From the NCBI GenBank assembly GCA_042216015.1, contig JBDGUI010000048.1, forward strand, positions 1-16,514: a stretch of 16,514 nt of DNA, in the 5' to 3' direction. Every line of letters begins with the position of its first letter. The first letter of the stretch is position 1. The position numbers were made by a program, and so were the translations under genes. This DNA is from Halodesulfurarchaeum sp. (GTDB taxonomy: Archaea > Halobacteriota > Halobacteria > Halobacteriales > Halobacteriaceae). Below the pieces are notes generated by a model. The model did no database searches and was not told where the DNA came from. It worked only from the letters and a program-made list of their open reading frames with translations. Positions 1-7,743 of this stretch are shown piece by piece.

Positions 1-1869
1 ATACCGATCGAACTCGCGGTGGGGCAGATACATCGCCGACATGAACAGGTCGTGAAAGCCCTCCCACGCGGCGAGTTCGACGTACTCGACCGTCGACACA
101 ATGTGCTCGGCTTCCGCTCTTGCCCCCTCGTTCAGGAGCGCATACATCGCACCATAGCCTGCGGCGTTGCCGAGAAACTCCACGTCGTCGACGTCGACCT
201 CCGGATAGAGCCCGAGGAGCTTCGCCGACTCCGGGTCGATGTAGTTCCCGAACCCGCCGGCCATGACGAGTCGGTCGACCGACTCGATTCCGGCCTCCTC
301 GAGCAGAACGTGGGTGCCGGTCTGGATCGCGGCCTTCGCGTTCTGGATGTCCCGGATGTCCTCCTGGGAGACGACGATATCGTCGTCGATATCGGATTCG
401 GTGGTTTTCACCAGCACGAACTCACGGTCACCGTCCTCGGTCTCGCGAATGCGGCCACGCCCGTTTTCCGGGTCGATCAGTCGGCCCCGGCGGTTGATCG
501 CCCCCACCAGGAACAGCTGGGCCACGACGTCGAGAATGCCCGAGCCACAGATGCCCATCGGCGGTTCGTCCCCGATGACGCCCACCTCGGGCTTCCAGGT
601 CTCGGGATCGAGGCTGACCGTCTCGATGGCGCCCGGCTTGGCTCGCACCCCGTGGGTGATCTCGGCCCCCTCGAGGGCCGGTCCGGCGGGGGCGGAGGCG
701 ACGTAGGTCTTCTCCGGCCCCGAGACGGCGATCTCGCCGTTCGTCCCGATGTCGATCGCGAGGACGGTCTCCTCTCGATCGAGGACCCCGGCCGCCAGCA
801 GGTCGGCCACGAAGTCAGGACCGACCCAGCCTCCGATGATCGGGAGCCAGGAGACCGAGGCCGAGGGGTTCATCTCGAGATCCAGTTCCCTCGCGGTCGT
901 TCGGAGGATGGATCTGGCGCCCGGGACGTATGGTGAGGCCGCGACTGGACCGGCGTCGATGCCCAGGAAGAGGTGATGCATGGCGGTGTTGCCGACGAAG
1001 ACTGCCTCGTAGATGCCATCGGGATCGATGTCGGCCTGGTCTGTCACCTCCTCGATGCTCTCGTTGATGGCGCCGACGATTTCGGATTGGAGTTCGGCCT
1101 TGCCCTCCGACTCCTGGATGCTGTACTGGACTCGGCTGATGATGTCTCCGCCGTGGGTGCTCTGGGGATTGATCTTCGAGTCGACGGCAACCTGTTCGCC
1201 CGTCTGGAGGTCGAGCAGGTAGACGGCGACCGTCGTCGTCCCGATGTCGATCGCCAGGCCATAGGGATGACCGGGTCGACCCGGATCGATACCCAGGATC
1301 TCTTCTTCGCCGTACACAGTCGCCGTGGTTCGGAATTCCCCGTCTGTTTCTCCCTCTCGGATCGTCGAGGGAAGGGTGGTGAGTGCCCCCATGTCAACGT
1401 CGGTGATCTCGAGACCGTATTCCGATTGTAGCCCCTCGATGAGCCGCTCACGATCCGGGAGCGTGTCTTCGAGGGTCGGGGCGGGAATCGCGAGCTGGTG
1501 CCGGCGGATGGCCGGATCGAGTTCGAAGTCGATCTCCTGACCCTCCGTCATCACGATTTCCCCCTCGCTCCGTGAGGCCGCGGGGACGAAGACCGAGACG
1601 TCGCCCGTTACTTTCGCCCGACACCCGAGTCGGTACCCCTCCTCGAGTTCCTCCGCAGAGAGTACTGATTCCTCGTCCGGGTCGACGGGGGAGAGTGTCG
1701 ACTCGTCGCTTTCGACCTGTACTGCACAGGTTCCACAGAGGCCGTTTCCACCACATAGTGCTTCGATCCCTACGCCGCCTTTCTCGCCGGCAGCAAGGAC
1801 CGTCTCCCCCGGTTCGATCTGCACGTCAACTTCCCACGGGTCAAACGAGACTGTTGGCAAGGAATCCAT
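1..1869 (-). CDS. ASKHA-domain ATP-dependent reductive activator of corrinoid proteins (RACo/DUF4445 family) with N-terminal [2Fe-2S] ferredoxin domain; 3' end outside the window
   Basis: Manual translation of the minus strand from ATG 1869 (in-frame ATG also at 1872) is open for 623 codons to the window edge: MDSLPTVSFDPWEVDVQIEPGETVLAAG...ALCGGNGLCGTC...GYRLGCRA ([2Fe-2S] C39/C45/C48/C83), YGLAIDIGTTT, NPQSTHGGDIISR, VGNTAMHHLFLG, IGGWVGPD, LAIDIGTNGEI, APAGPALEG, GICGSG, QNAKAAI, AGGFGNYID, LGNAAGYGA. It is missing from the ORF track, probably because no stop codon lies in the window. Confidence 0.93.
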   Translation of the reverse strand, partial: MDSLPTVSFDPWEVDVQIEPGETVLAAGEKGGVGIEALCGGNGLCGTCAVQVESDESTLSPVDPDEESVLSAEELEEGYRLGCRAKVTGDVSVFVPAASRSEGEIVMTEGQEIDFELDPAIRRHQLAIPAPTLEDTLPDRERLIEGLQSEYGLEITDVDMGALTTLPSTIREGETDGEFRTTATVYGEEEILGIDPGRPGHPYGLAIDIGTTTVAVYLLDLQTGEQVAVDSKINPQSTHGGDIISRVQYSIQESEGKAELQSEIVGAINESIEEVTDQADIDPDGIYEAVFVGNTAMHHLFLGIDAGPVAASPYVPGARSILRTTARELDLEMNPSASVSWLPIIGGWVGPDFVADLLAAGVLDREETVLAIDIGTNGEIAVSGPEKTYVASAPAGPALEGAEITHGVRAKPGAIETVSLDPETWKPEVGVIGDEPPMGICGSGILDVVAQLFLVGAINRRGRLIDPENGRGRIRETEDGDREFVLVKTTESDIDDDIVVSQEDIRDIQNAKAAIQTGTHVLLEEAGIESVDRLVMAGGFGNYIDPESAKLLGLYPEVDVDDVEFLGNAAGYGAMYALLNEGARAEAEHIVSTVEYVELAAWEGFHDLFMSAMYLPHREFDRY

Positions 1870-1892
1870 CATGAACTCATATGGCGAAATCC

Positions 1893-1929
1893 GTTATATG
1901 CATTGTGCTGATTTGAACCTGGTGCACAA
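1893..1929 (-). promoter_or_regulatory. Candidate promoter of the RACo gene with adjacent inverted repeat TTGTGC-N15-GCACAA
   Basis: Minus-strand CATATAAC (about 1893-1901) lies about 25 bp upstream of ATG 1869/1872. Perfect 6-bp inverted repeat at 1903-1908 and 1924-1929. Confidence 0.45.
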
Positions 1930-2030
1930 AACAGCGGCCAGGGCGGTGGGCTCTTCGATCCGGGGATGGGGTCGACTTGATGGGCGACTCCCTGGCGAAG
2001 GATTATCTCCCCGGCCGGGCTACGTCCGGT

Positions 2031-2474
2031 ATGGAACCGGTTACCTACCAACCGATCGGCGTGGTCGAGTCCCCGTTCGAGACGCCCGATGACGTCCCTC
2101 GGCCCGGCACCGAGCCGGTCGCCGCCACGGGCACCCTGGCCATCGATAAGGCCCACGAGGCTGGGCTCCTCGGTCTCGAGGACTTCTCCCACGTGATCGT
2201 CCTCTCACATCTCCACGAGGTCGAGGACGTCCGGCTTCAGGTTCGACCGATGGGCGGGGACCCGGTCGGCATCTTCGCGACGTCGGGGCCGCCCCGGCCA
2301 AATCCGATCGGTCACTCGGTGCTTCGCCTGGAGGACGTCTCGGGAACGCGGCTGTCGGTCTCGAACCTGGATCTGGTGGACGGCACCCCGATCCTCGACC
2401 TCAAACCCTACGCCCCGAAGGGACCGCCGATCGAGGAACTGGAAATCGGGTGGATGGCAACCCTCTCGCAGTGA
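2031..2474 (+). CDS. tsaA: TsaA/TrmO-like (AF0241/YaeB family) single-domain SAM-binding beta-barrel protein
   Basis: Motifs PIGVVESPF, GLEDFSHVIVLSHLH, GIFAT..PRPNPIG.S, LDLVDGTPILDLKPY. Start moved to ATG 2031, which has a GATTAT box about 27 bp upstream; 147 aa. Confidence 0.85.
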   Translation: MEPVTYQPIGVVESPFETPDDVPRPGTEPVAATGTLAIDKAHEAGLLGLEDFSHVIVLSHLHEVEDVRLQVRPMGGDPVGIFATSGPPRPNPIGHSVLRLEDVSGTRLSVSNLDLVDGTPILDLKPYAPKGPPIEELEIGWMATLSQ

Positions 2475-2560
2475 GTTGTGGGACCGTTCGTCGTCGGGGT
2501 GGGTGGCCGGCCCTCTCTGCGACCATCAAGGTAATAGGCGTTTACCCAGTACGCCGTGAC

Positions 2561-3196
2561 ATGAACGCGGATCCACGCAGGGACGGACGGTCCGACGGTC
2601 GTCCAGTCCGAACTGACGGAGGAACGCCGATGCCGGGCGTGCCGGGCGAGGACGAGTCCTCGGCGGACCCCCGTGAATCCGATCCGGGGGAGCATGGGGA
2701 CACGACCGATCCTGCGGGCAGCCAGATGCCCGGCGTCCCGGAGCCGAAGGGAGAGAAGCCAGCGGTCGAATCGGGTGGTGAATCCTGTGAGGCGCCGACC
2801 GAGGAGGCGATGGACACATCGGCGGAGGCCGAGAACCACGAGCTTACGACCGCGTTCACCCTGGCTGCGCTGTCCCAGCTCGAAAACCCTGCGGGGGTGG
2901 TCGCCGAATCACGGTCCTGGTCTGACTGGGTCGGGGTGGTCGGCGACGCCGACGCCCCGACGATCAACACGTTCCTCCGTCGAGAGAGCGTCGATGTCGA
3001 CTTCTTCAATGGGGTGGCCTCGCCCGTGGAGCGGCTGTCCCGCGTCTCTGCGGAGGGATCGGCGTTCAACTCGGATCGGCTGGTTCTCGTGGGGCTCGAG
3101 GGACAGGGGGCAATCGCCGAGGAGGCCGGGTGGGAGTTCGAACGTCTCGTCCCGACGGCCGAAGAGGCGGGTTGGGAACTGCACACTCAGGAGTGA
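2561..3196 (+). CDS. Haloarchaeal conserved hypothetical protein (DUF7124-like C-terminal domain) with acidic disordered N-terminus
   Basis: ATG 2561 preceded by AAGGTAATAG at about -27. Contains a TDGG motif and two MPGVP repeats. The C-terminal domain (TTAFTLAALSQLENP...SWSDWVGVV...DFFNG...AEEAGWE x2) resembles a widespread haloarchaeal family, recalled from memory. Confidence 0.75.
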   Translation: MNADPRRDGRSDGRPVRTDGGTPMPGVPGEDESSADPRESDPGEHGDTTDPAGSQMPGVPEPKGEKPAVESGGESCEAPTEEAMDTSAEAENHELTTAFTLAALSQLENPAGVVAESRSWSDWVGVVGDADAPTINTFLRRESVDVDFFNGVASPVERLSRVSAEGSAFNSDRLVLVGLEGQGAIAEEAGWEFERLVPTAEEAGWELHTQE

Positions 3197-3390
3197 CTGC
3201 CGCGATTGGGTCCGTTTCGGGTTTGGGGCCTCGCCAACTCCCAGCCAGTCGGAACTCCCAGTACGATTAACTGCGCCGAACGGGTAGGGATTGGTATGTC
3301 CCGAAAACGCGGTCAGCGGGGATCGCCGATCGATCGGGAGCCACGGGACCGGGTGAGGGGACTGAAACTGAAACCGGGGGGATCCGCTCG

Positions 3391-3888
3391 ATGGGACTGA
3401 CCGACCATCCCGAACCGGTTCAGGAACTCCCGAACCGGAACGCGGGGCGGTATCTTCGGATGATTCTTCTTTCCGTCGATGGCCCCGAGGACGAGGTCCG
3501 GCCGAGTCAGATCGCGGATCGCCTGGGCGTCAGCCCGGCCAGCGTCACCGAAATGACGACCCACCTGACCGAATCGGGGTACGTCGATCACGAGCCCTAC
3601 GGTGGGATCTCCCTCACGCGGAAAGGGGCTTCGATGGCGCGGCACCTCCAGTGGCGACAGTGCGTCCTCGGTCGCTTCTTCGAGTCGACCCTCGACGTCG
3701 ACGTTCCGGGCACGGAAAGTTACGAGGCGAGCTTTGCCCTCCCGGGAGCAGTGCTCGAACGTGCGAGGGAGTACGTCGGACTGGAGTGCAAGAAACGCTG
3801 CAGTGAACGCGTGTGGGAGGACAGCTGTGTGGAACTGGAAACCCCCTCGTCCGATCGAACAGATCCCGCTACCGGGAGCGACCCGTGA
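3391..3888 (+). CDS. DtxR/MntR-family metal-dependent transcriptional regulator, Cys-rich variant
   Basis: Winged HTH signature YLRMI...VRPSQIADRLGVSPASVTEM..HL...GYVDHEPYGGISLT.KG; C-terminal C133-x3-C137-x8-C146. Confidence 0.88.
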   Translation: MGLTDHPEPVQELPNRNAGRYLRMILLSVDGPEDEVRPSQIADRLGVSPASVTEMTTHLTESGYVDHEPYGGISLTRKGASMARHLQWRQCVLGRFFESTLDVDVPGTESYEASFALPGAVLERAREYVGLECKKRCSERVWEDSCVELETPSSDRTDPATGSDP

Positions 3889-3904
3889 TCGGGGCCGATC
3901 ACGG
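3883..3904. repeat. Perfect 10-bp inverted repeat overlapping the DtxR-like stop codon (possible terminator or RNA hairpin)
   Basis: CCGTGATCGG-GG-CCGATCACGG; no U-tract follows. Confidence 0.5.
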
Positions 3905-4109
3905 TCGAGGACGATCCGTGACCGTGCCACGTCGCCGATTCCAAGGGCATTCGTCAATCGTCGTCATTTTGGCCGAACCAATCTGACCGACCCATATCAA
4001 TATGACACCTGGAAGGGGGCTGAAACCGGCCTTTTTCAGTTCCAAACGTGCCATTATCAAGACAGAGATAATCGTAAGATCTTTCTAGATTAAAGATAAA
4101 TATAAAATA

Positions 4110-4610
4110 ATGACAAAGTTAGAGAATATATCCACTGCAGATCTTCACGACGCGCTCGATGAGGTCGAGGAGAAAAAGCCAGCACAACGGTTGATGCTTG
4201 CGATTTTGTACAAACAGGGACCGTCCGTCCCGATGATCGGTGATTGGTTCGACATGCGCGATGAGACCATTTACCGCTGGTTCACGGAGATGGAAGAAAA
4301 CCCGCTCATGGAGGCCATTTACGATAAACCCCGTCCAGGACGTCCGACCAAGCTCGCCGAAGCGCAGCGTACAAAGTTTGAAGCCGCCCTGAAGGATCCG
4401 CCGAGGGACGCCGATCTCGAAGCTTCAGCCTGGACGCCGAAACTGGCTCGAAAATATCTGCGAGAGGAGTTTGATGTGGATTACTCGCTTCGACACGTTC
4501 GGCGGCTCATGCACGAGGCAGGTGTCTCATGGCAAACACCGCGGTCGGAGTCGCTCTCAGTCGACGGGGAAGAACGAGAAGTTGATCGCAAAGATATCAA
4601 AAATACATAA
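4110..4610 (+). mobile_element. IS630-family transposase N-terminal (HTH/wHTH) ORF without the DDE domain; remnant or domesticated DNA-binding protein
   Basis: MTKLENISTADLHDALDEVEEKKPAQRLMLAILYKQG...TIYRWF...D.PRPGRPTKL...AWTPKL...YLREEFDVDYSLRHVRRLMHEAGVSWQTPR matches haloarchaeal IS630 ORF-A. It ends at an A-run (ATCAAAAATACATAA) where such elements frameshift; no DDE ORF follows. Flanks are AT-rich. Confidence 0.82.
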
Positions 4611-4821
4611 TAGATTGCATTTGGATAAATTTTCTGCCGTCGCCAACGGTCGGACGAAACGAGGCAGAGATCCGATAATTCCGGCCCGATGAGACGTATG
4701 AACGCCGAGATGATCTGCCCTCTGTTCCAGTATTCCTTACATTATATGCGATTATTTCTGTCTGTGGGGACGGGTGTCGGGTGATCGGGACCATTATGAA
4801 CGTCCCATACGTCCTCATCCC

Positions 4822-5502
4822 ATGGCATTCGATCCAACCGTGGTCTCGACGGTCACATTTGACTCGTATAGTACGCTCGTCGATGTAGATGCTGCAGAGC
4901 GGGCTCTATCGGACGTCGTCGACGATCCCGAGGCCGTATCGAACCTCTGGCGCTCGCGCTCAATCGAGTATACCTTGGTTAGCAATCACATCGATGCCTA
5001 TCAAACCTTCTACGAGATGAACCGCGACGCGCTGACATACGCACTCGACGCCCACGATGTGGAATACGCTCCGGAGAGGCGGAACGAGATTCTCTCGGTC
5101 TACCACGAACTCGACGTGTTCGAGGACGTGCGGGCTGGGATGGAACGCCTTCGAGATGCCGGGTATGCCCTCTACGTCGTCTCCAACGGAAATCCCGAGA
5201 TGCTCTCTTCGATGGTCGAGCACGCGAACCTGGGTGACCTCCTCGATGGGACCATCAGCGCCGACGAGGTGGAGACGTTCAAGCCCTCCGCTGAAATTTA
5301 TCGACATGCCGCAGCCCGGACCGGAACCCCCATCGATGAGATCGCCCACGCGACCGCTGCGTGGTTTGACGTCCAGGGCGCCATGCATGCCGGGATGCAG
5401 GGCATCTGGATGAACCGCAAGGGTACTCCCTGGGAACCCTTCGATGGCGAACCGGATTTGACCGTTGAGACCATTCCCGACATCGTGGACGAACTCGTCT
5501 GA
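4822..5502 (+). CDS. Haloacid dehalogenase type II (HAD superfamily)
   Basis: TFDSYSTLVD (motif I), W+SR..EY, VVSNGN (motif II), FKPSAEIY (motif III), AAWFDVQGAMHAGM..IWMNR. ATG 4822 has CATTAT at about -27. Confidence 0.9.
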   Translation: MAFDPTVVSTVTFDSYSTLVDVDAAERALSDVVDDPEAVSNLWRSRSIEYTLVSNHIDAYQTFYEMNRDALTYALDAHDVEYAPERRNEILSVYHELDVFEDVRAGMERLRDAGYALYVVSNGNPEMLSSMVEHANLGDLLDGTISADEVETFKPSAEIYRHAAARTGTPIDEIAHATAAWFDVQGAMHAGMQGIWMNRKGTPWEPFDGEPDLTVETIPDIVDELV

Positions 5503-5690
5503 TTCACGGCACGAATCGTCTCACTTGGGTTCTTTGTTGGCAAACTGGGGTCCAGTGGGACCAAAATACGGCGAAGCACGCTTCACTCGTCTGTTCTCGA
5601 GTGTCGAACGAACAGGTGGGGGGGGGGTTTCGAACGATGATTCCTGACCGATGTACCCCTCTCGGCCATGGATCAAATCGGCTCAATACG

Positions 5691-5763
5691 ACTTAAAAAA
5701 CGAACCCTCTATATTACTATTAATTATATTTATCACGTACTTTATTCGCCAGGTTTATTTATC
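5691..5763. promoter_or_regulatory. AT-rich, probably bidirectional promoter region upstream of metY
   Basis: Plus strand: AGGTTTATTTAT at 5751-5762, about 27 bp before ATG 5785. Minus strand: TTTTTTAAGT at 5691-5700. AT-rich core at 5711-5733. Confidence 0.55.
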
Positions 5764-5784
5764 GACCTCCACTTTCTCGAATCG

Positions 5785-7080
5785 ATGACGGAAGATTCCG
5801 ACAACGGTATCCACACGCGATCGATCCACGCGGGCCAGGAGTCCGATTCAGCCACCGGCTCGCGCGCACCGCCCATCTACCAGACGACCTCTTACGAGTT
5901 CGAGGATGCCGAGGACGCCGCAGCCCAGTTCGCCCTCGAGAAACCCGGCTACGTCTACTCGCGGTTGATGAATCCGACCGTCGAGACCCTCCAGGAGCGA
6001 CTCGCCTCCCTTGAGGGCGGCGTCGGCGCGACGGTCACGGGCTCGGGAATGGCCGCACTGGACGTGACGACCTTCCTGCTCGCGGAGTCCGGGGACAACA
6101 TCGTCGCTGCCTCCTCGCTCTATGGCGGAACCCACACCTACCTGAACCACACCGCGCCCCGACGCGGGATCGACACCCGTTTCGTCGACACCCTCGAGTA
6201 CGACCAGTACCGCGAGGCGATTGACGAGGACACTGCCTACGTCCTCATCGAGACGATCGGCAATCCCGCCCTGATCACCCCGGACATCGAGCGGATCGCC
6301 GACATCGCCCACGAGAACGACACCCCATTGCTCGTGGACAACACCTTCGCGACGCCCTATCTCGCGAACCCGATCGAGTACGGCGCCGACCTCGTCTGGA
6401 ACTCCACGACCAAGTGGCTCCACGGGGCCGGCTCGACCGTCGGCGGGGTCATCGTCGACGCCGGGACCTTCCCGTGGAAGGAGCACGCCGACTCCTACCC
6501 CGAGATCGGTGGCGAGAACCCCGCCTATCACGGGGTCAACTTCGCCGACCGGTTCGGGGACGCCGCGTTCACGTACGCGGCGATCGCTCGTGGGCTGCGC
6601 GATCTGGGGAATCAGCAGTCCCCGTTCGACGCCTGGGTCACCCTGCAGAAACTTGAGAGCTTCCCGCTCCGAATCGCCCGTCACTCCGAGAACGCCGCCA
6701 TCGTGGCGGAGTACCTCGCGGACCACGAGGCCGTCGAGTGGGTCAATTACCCCGGGCTGGATAGCCACGAAACCGCCGAGAACGCCGAGAAGTACCTCGA
6801 GGGTGGCTACGGCGGCATGCTCACCTTCGGGATCGAGGGTGGCTACGAGCAGGCCCAGACGGTGGTCGAGTCGACGGAACTCGCGAGCCTGCTTGCGAAC
6901 GTTGGCGACGCGAAGACGCTCATCATCCATCCCGCCTCGACCACCCACCAGCAGCTCTCGGATAGCGAACTCGCGGATGCGGGCGTCAAACCCGATCTGA
7001 TCCGTCTCTCGGTGGGTATCGAGGACCCGGCGGACATCATCGCGGACCTGGAGCAGGCGATCGAGTCGGCGACGGAGTGA
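5785..7080 (+). CDS. metY: O-acetylhomoserine aminocarboxypropyltransferase (OAH/OAS sulfhydrylase), PLP-dependent
   Basis: TRSIHAGQ..D.ATGSRAPPIYQTTSY, YSRLMNPT, LEGG, SLYGGT, ETIGNP, VDNTFATPYL, STTKWLHG (PLP lysine), SLLANVGDAKTLIIHPASTTHQQL, IRLSVGIED; 431 aa. Confidence 0.95.
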   Translation: MTEDSDNGIHTRSIHAGQESDSATGSRAPPIYQTTSYEFEDAEDAAAQFALEKPGYVYSRLMNPTVETLQERLASLEGGVGATVTGSGMAALDVTTFLLAESGDNIVAASSLYGGTHTYLNHTAPRRGIDTRFVDTLEYDQYREAIDEDTAYVLIETIGNPALITPDIERIADIAHENDTPLLVDNTFATPYLANPIEYGADLVWNSTTKWLHGAGSTVGGVIVDAGTFPWKEHADSYPEIGGENPAYHGVNFADRFGDAAFTYAAIARGLRDLGNQQSPFDAWVTLQKLESFPLRIARHSENAAIVAEYLADHEAVEWVNYPGLDSHETAENAEKYLEGGYGGMLTFGIEGGYEQAQTVVESTELASLLANVGDAKTLIIHPASTTHQQLSDSELADAGVKPDLIRLSVGIEDPADIIADLEQAIESATE

Positions 7081-7150
7081 GGCTCTGACGTCACCCCGGC
7101 GGTATTGCTTCGATCGATTCCCCCTTGAGCCTGCGCGGCGAAGGTCGGAC

Positions 7151-7477
7151 ATGCACCTCTGTCTCATCGTCGAGACGAAGGAACCGGGACCGGTCTGGAA
7201 CGGCTTTCATCTCGGCAACTCGGCCCTCGAGGCCGGTCACGACGTCACGGCCTATCTCCTGGGGGACGGCGTCGAGGCGCCGGACCAGCCCGCGGGCGAG
7301 GACGTGAATCCACACGGAATCATCAGGAAGTTCCAGATGGAGGGGGGCGAACTGCTGGCGTGCGACCGCTGTCTCGACCACCGGGATATGGAGGCCGACG
7401 ACCTCCGACCGCGCGCAAAAATGGACGAACTCGTGGCGCTGATCGAGGACGCCGACGAAACTGTCTCGATCGCCTGA
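7151..7477 (+). CDS. DsrE/DsrF-like family protein (putative sulfur carrier or peroxiredoxin-like)
   Basis: 108 aa: WNGFHLGNSALEAGHDVTAYLLGDGVE...GGELLACDRCLDHR...MDELVALIEDAD, with the conserved DsrE cysteine inside a CxxC. Confidence 0.85.
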   Translation: MHLCLIVETKEPGPVWNGFHLGNSALEAGHDVTAYLLGDGVEAPDQPAGEDVNPHGIIRKFQMEGGELLACDRCLDHRDMEADDLRPRAKMDELVALIEDADETVSIA

Positions 7478-7503
7478 ACCCGAGTCACTCCCGGAAGAGC
7501 CGA

Positions 7504-7743
7504 TCAGTACATCCGATCCGAACCCGGATCGTCGTCAGCGATCGCGGGGTCCTGCTGGTCATCGACGGTCCCGGTGAACACCGATTCCTCCGTTCCGACG
7601 TCCTCTTCGGACTGGTAGGCCGAGAGGCCGAGGGTGAGCAACTCCTCGACGGCCTGGTCCCAGTTCAGGAACTCTCCCGATTCGACGAAACGGTCGATGT
7701 CACTCGTGACACGGTCCGGCAACGTCACTTCCGATTCCGGCAT
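7504..7743 (-). CDS. Small ribbon-helix-helix (CopG-like, DUF7120-type) protein with acidic tail
   Basis: EVTLPDRVTSDIDRFVESGEFLNWDQAVEELLTLGLSAY fits the haloarchaeal RHH pattern (V..GEF.N...A+..LL). Confidence 0.78.
   Translation of the reverse strand: MPESEVTLPDRVTSDIDRFVESGEFLNWDQAVEELLTLGLSAYQSEEDVGTEESVFTGTVDDQQDPAIADDDPGSDRMY

Noticed and set aside
19..1874. Plus-strand ORFs 19..936, 263..706, 973..1431 and 1572..1874
   Set aside because: Antisense shadows of the RACo gene caused by GC-rich codon bias; they have no motifs.
5503..5784. SAM riboswitch upstream of metY
   Set aside because: No recognisable SAM-I/II consensus, and a TATA-like box about 27 bp before the ATG suggests a leaderless mRNA.
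5848..7167. 439-aa minus-strand ORF
   Set aside because: Antisense mirror of metY.
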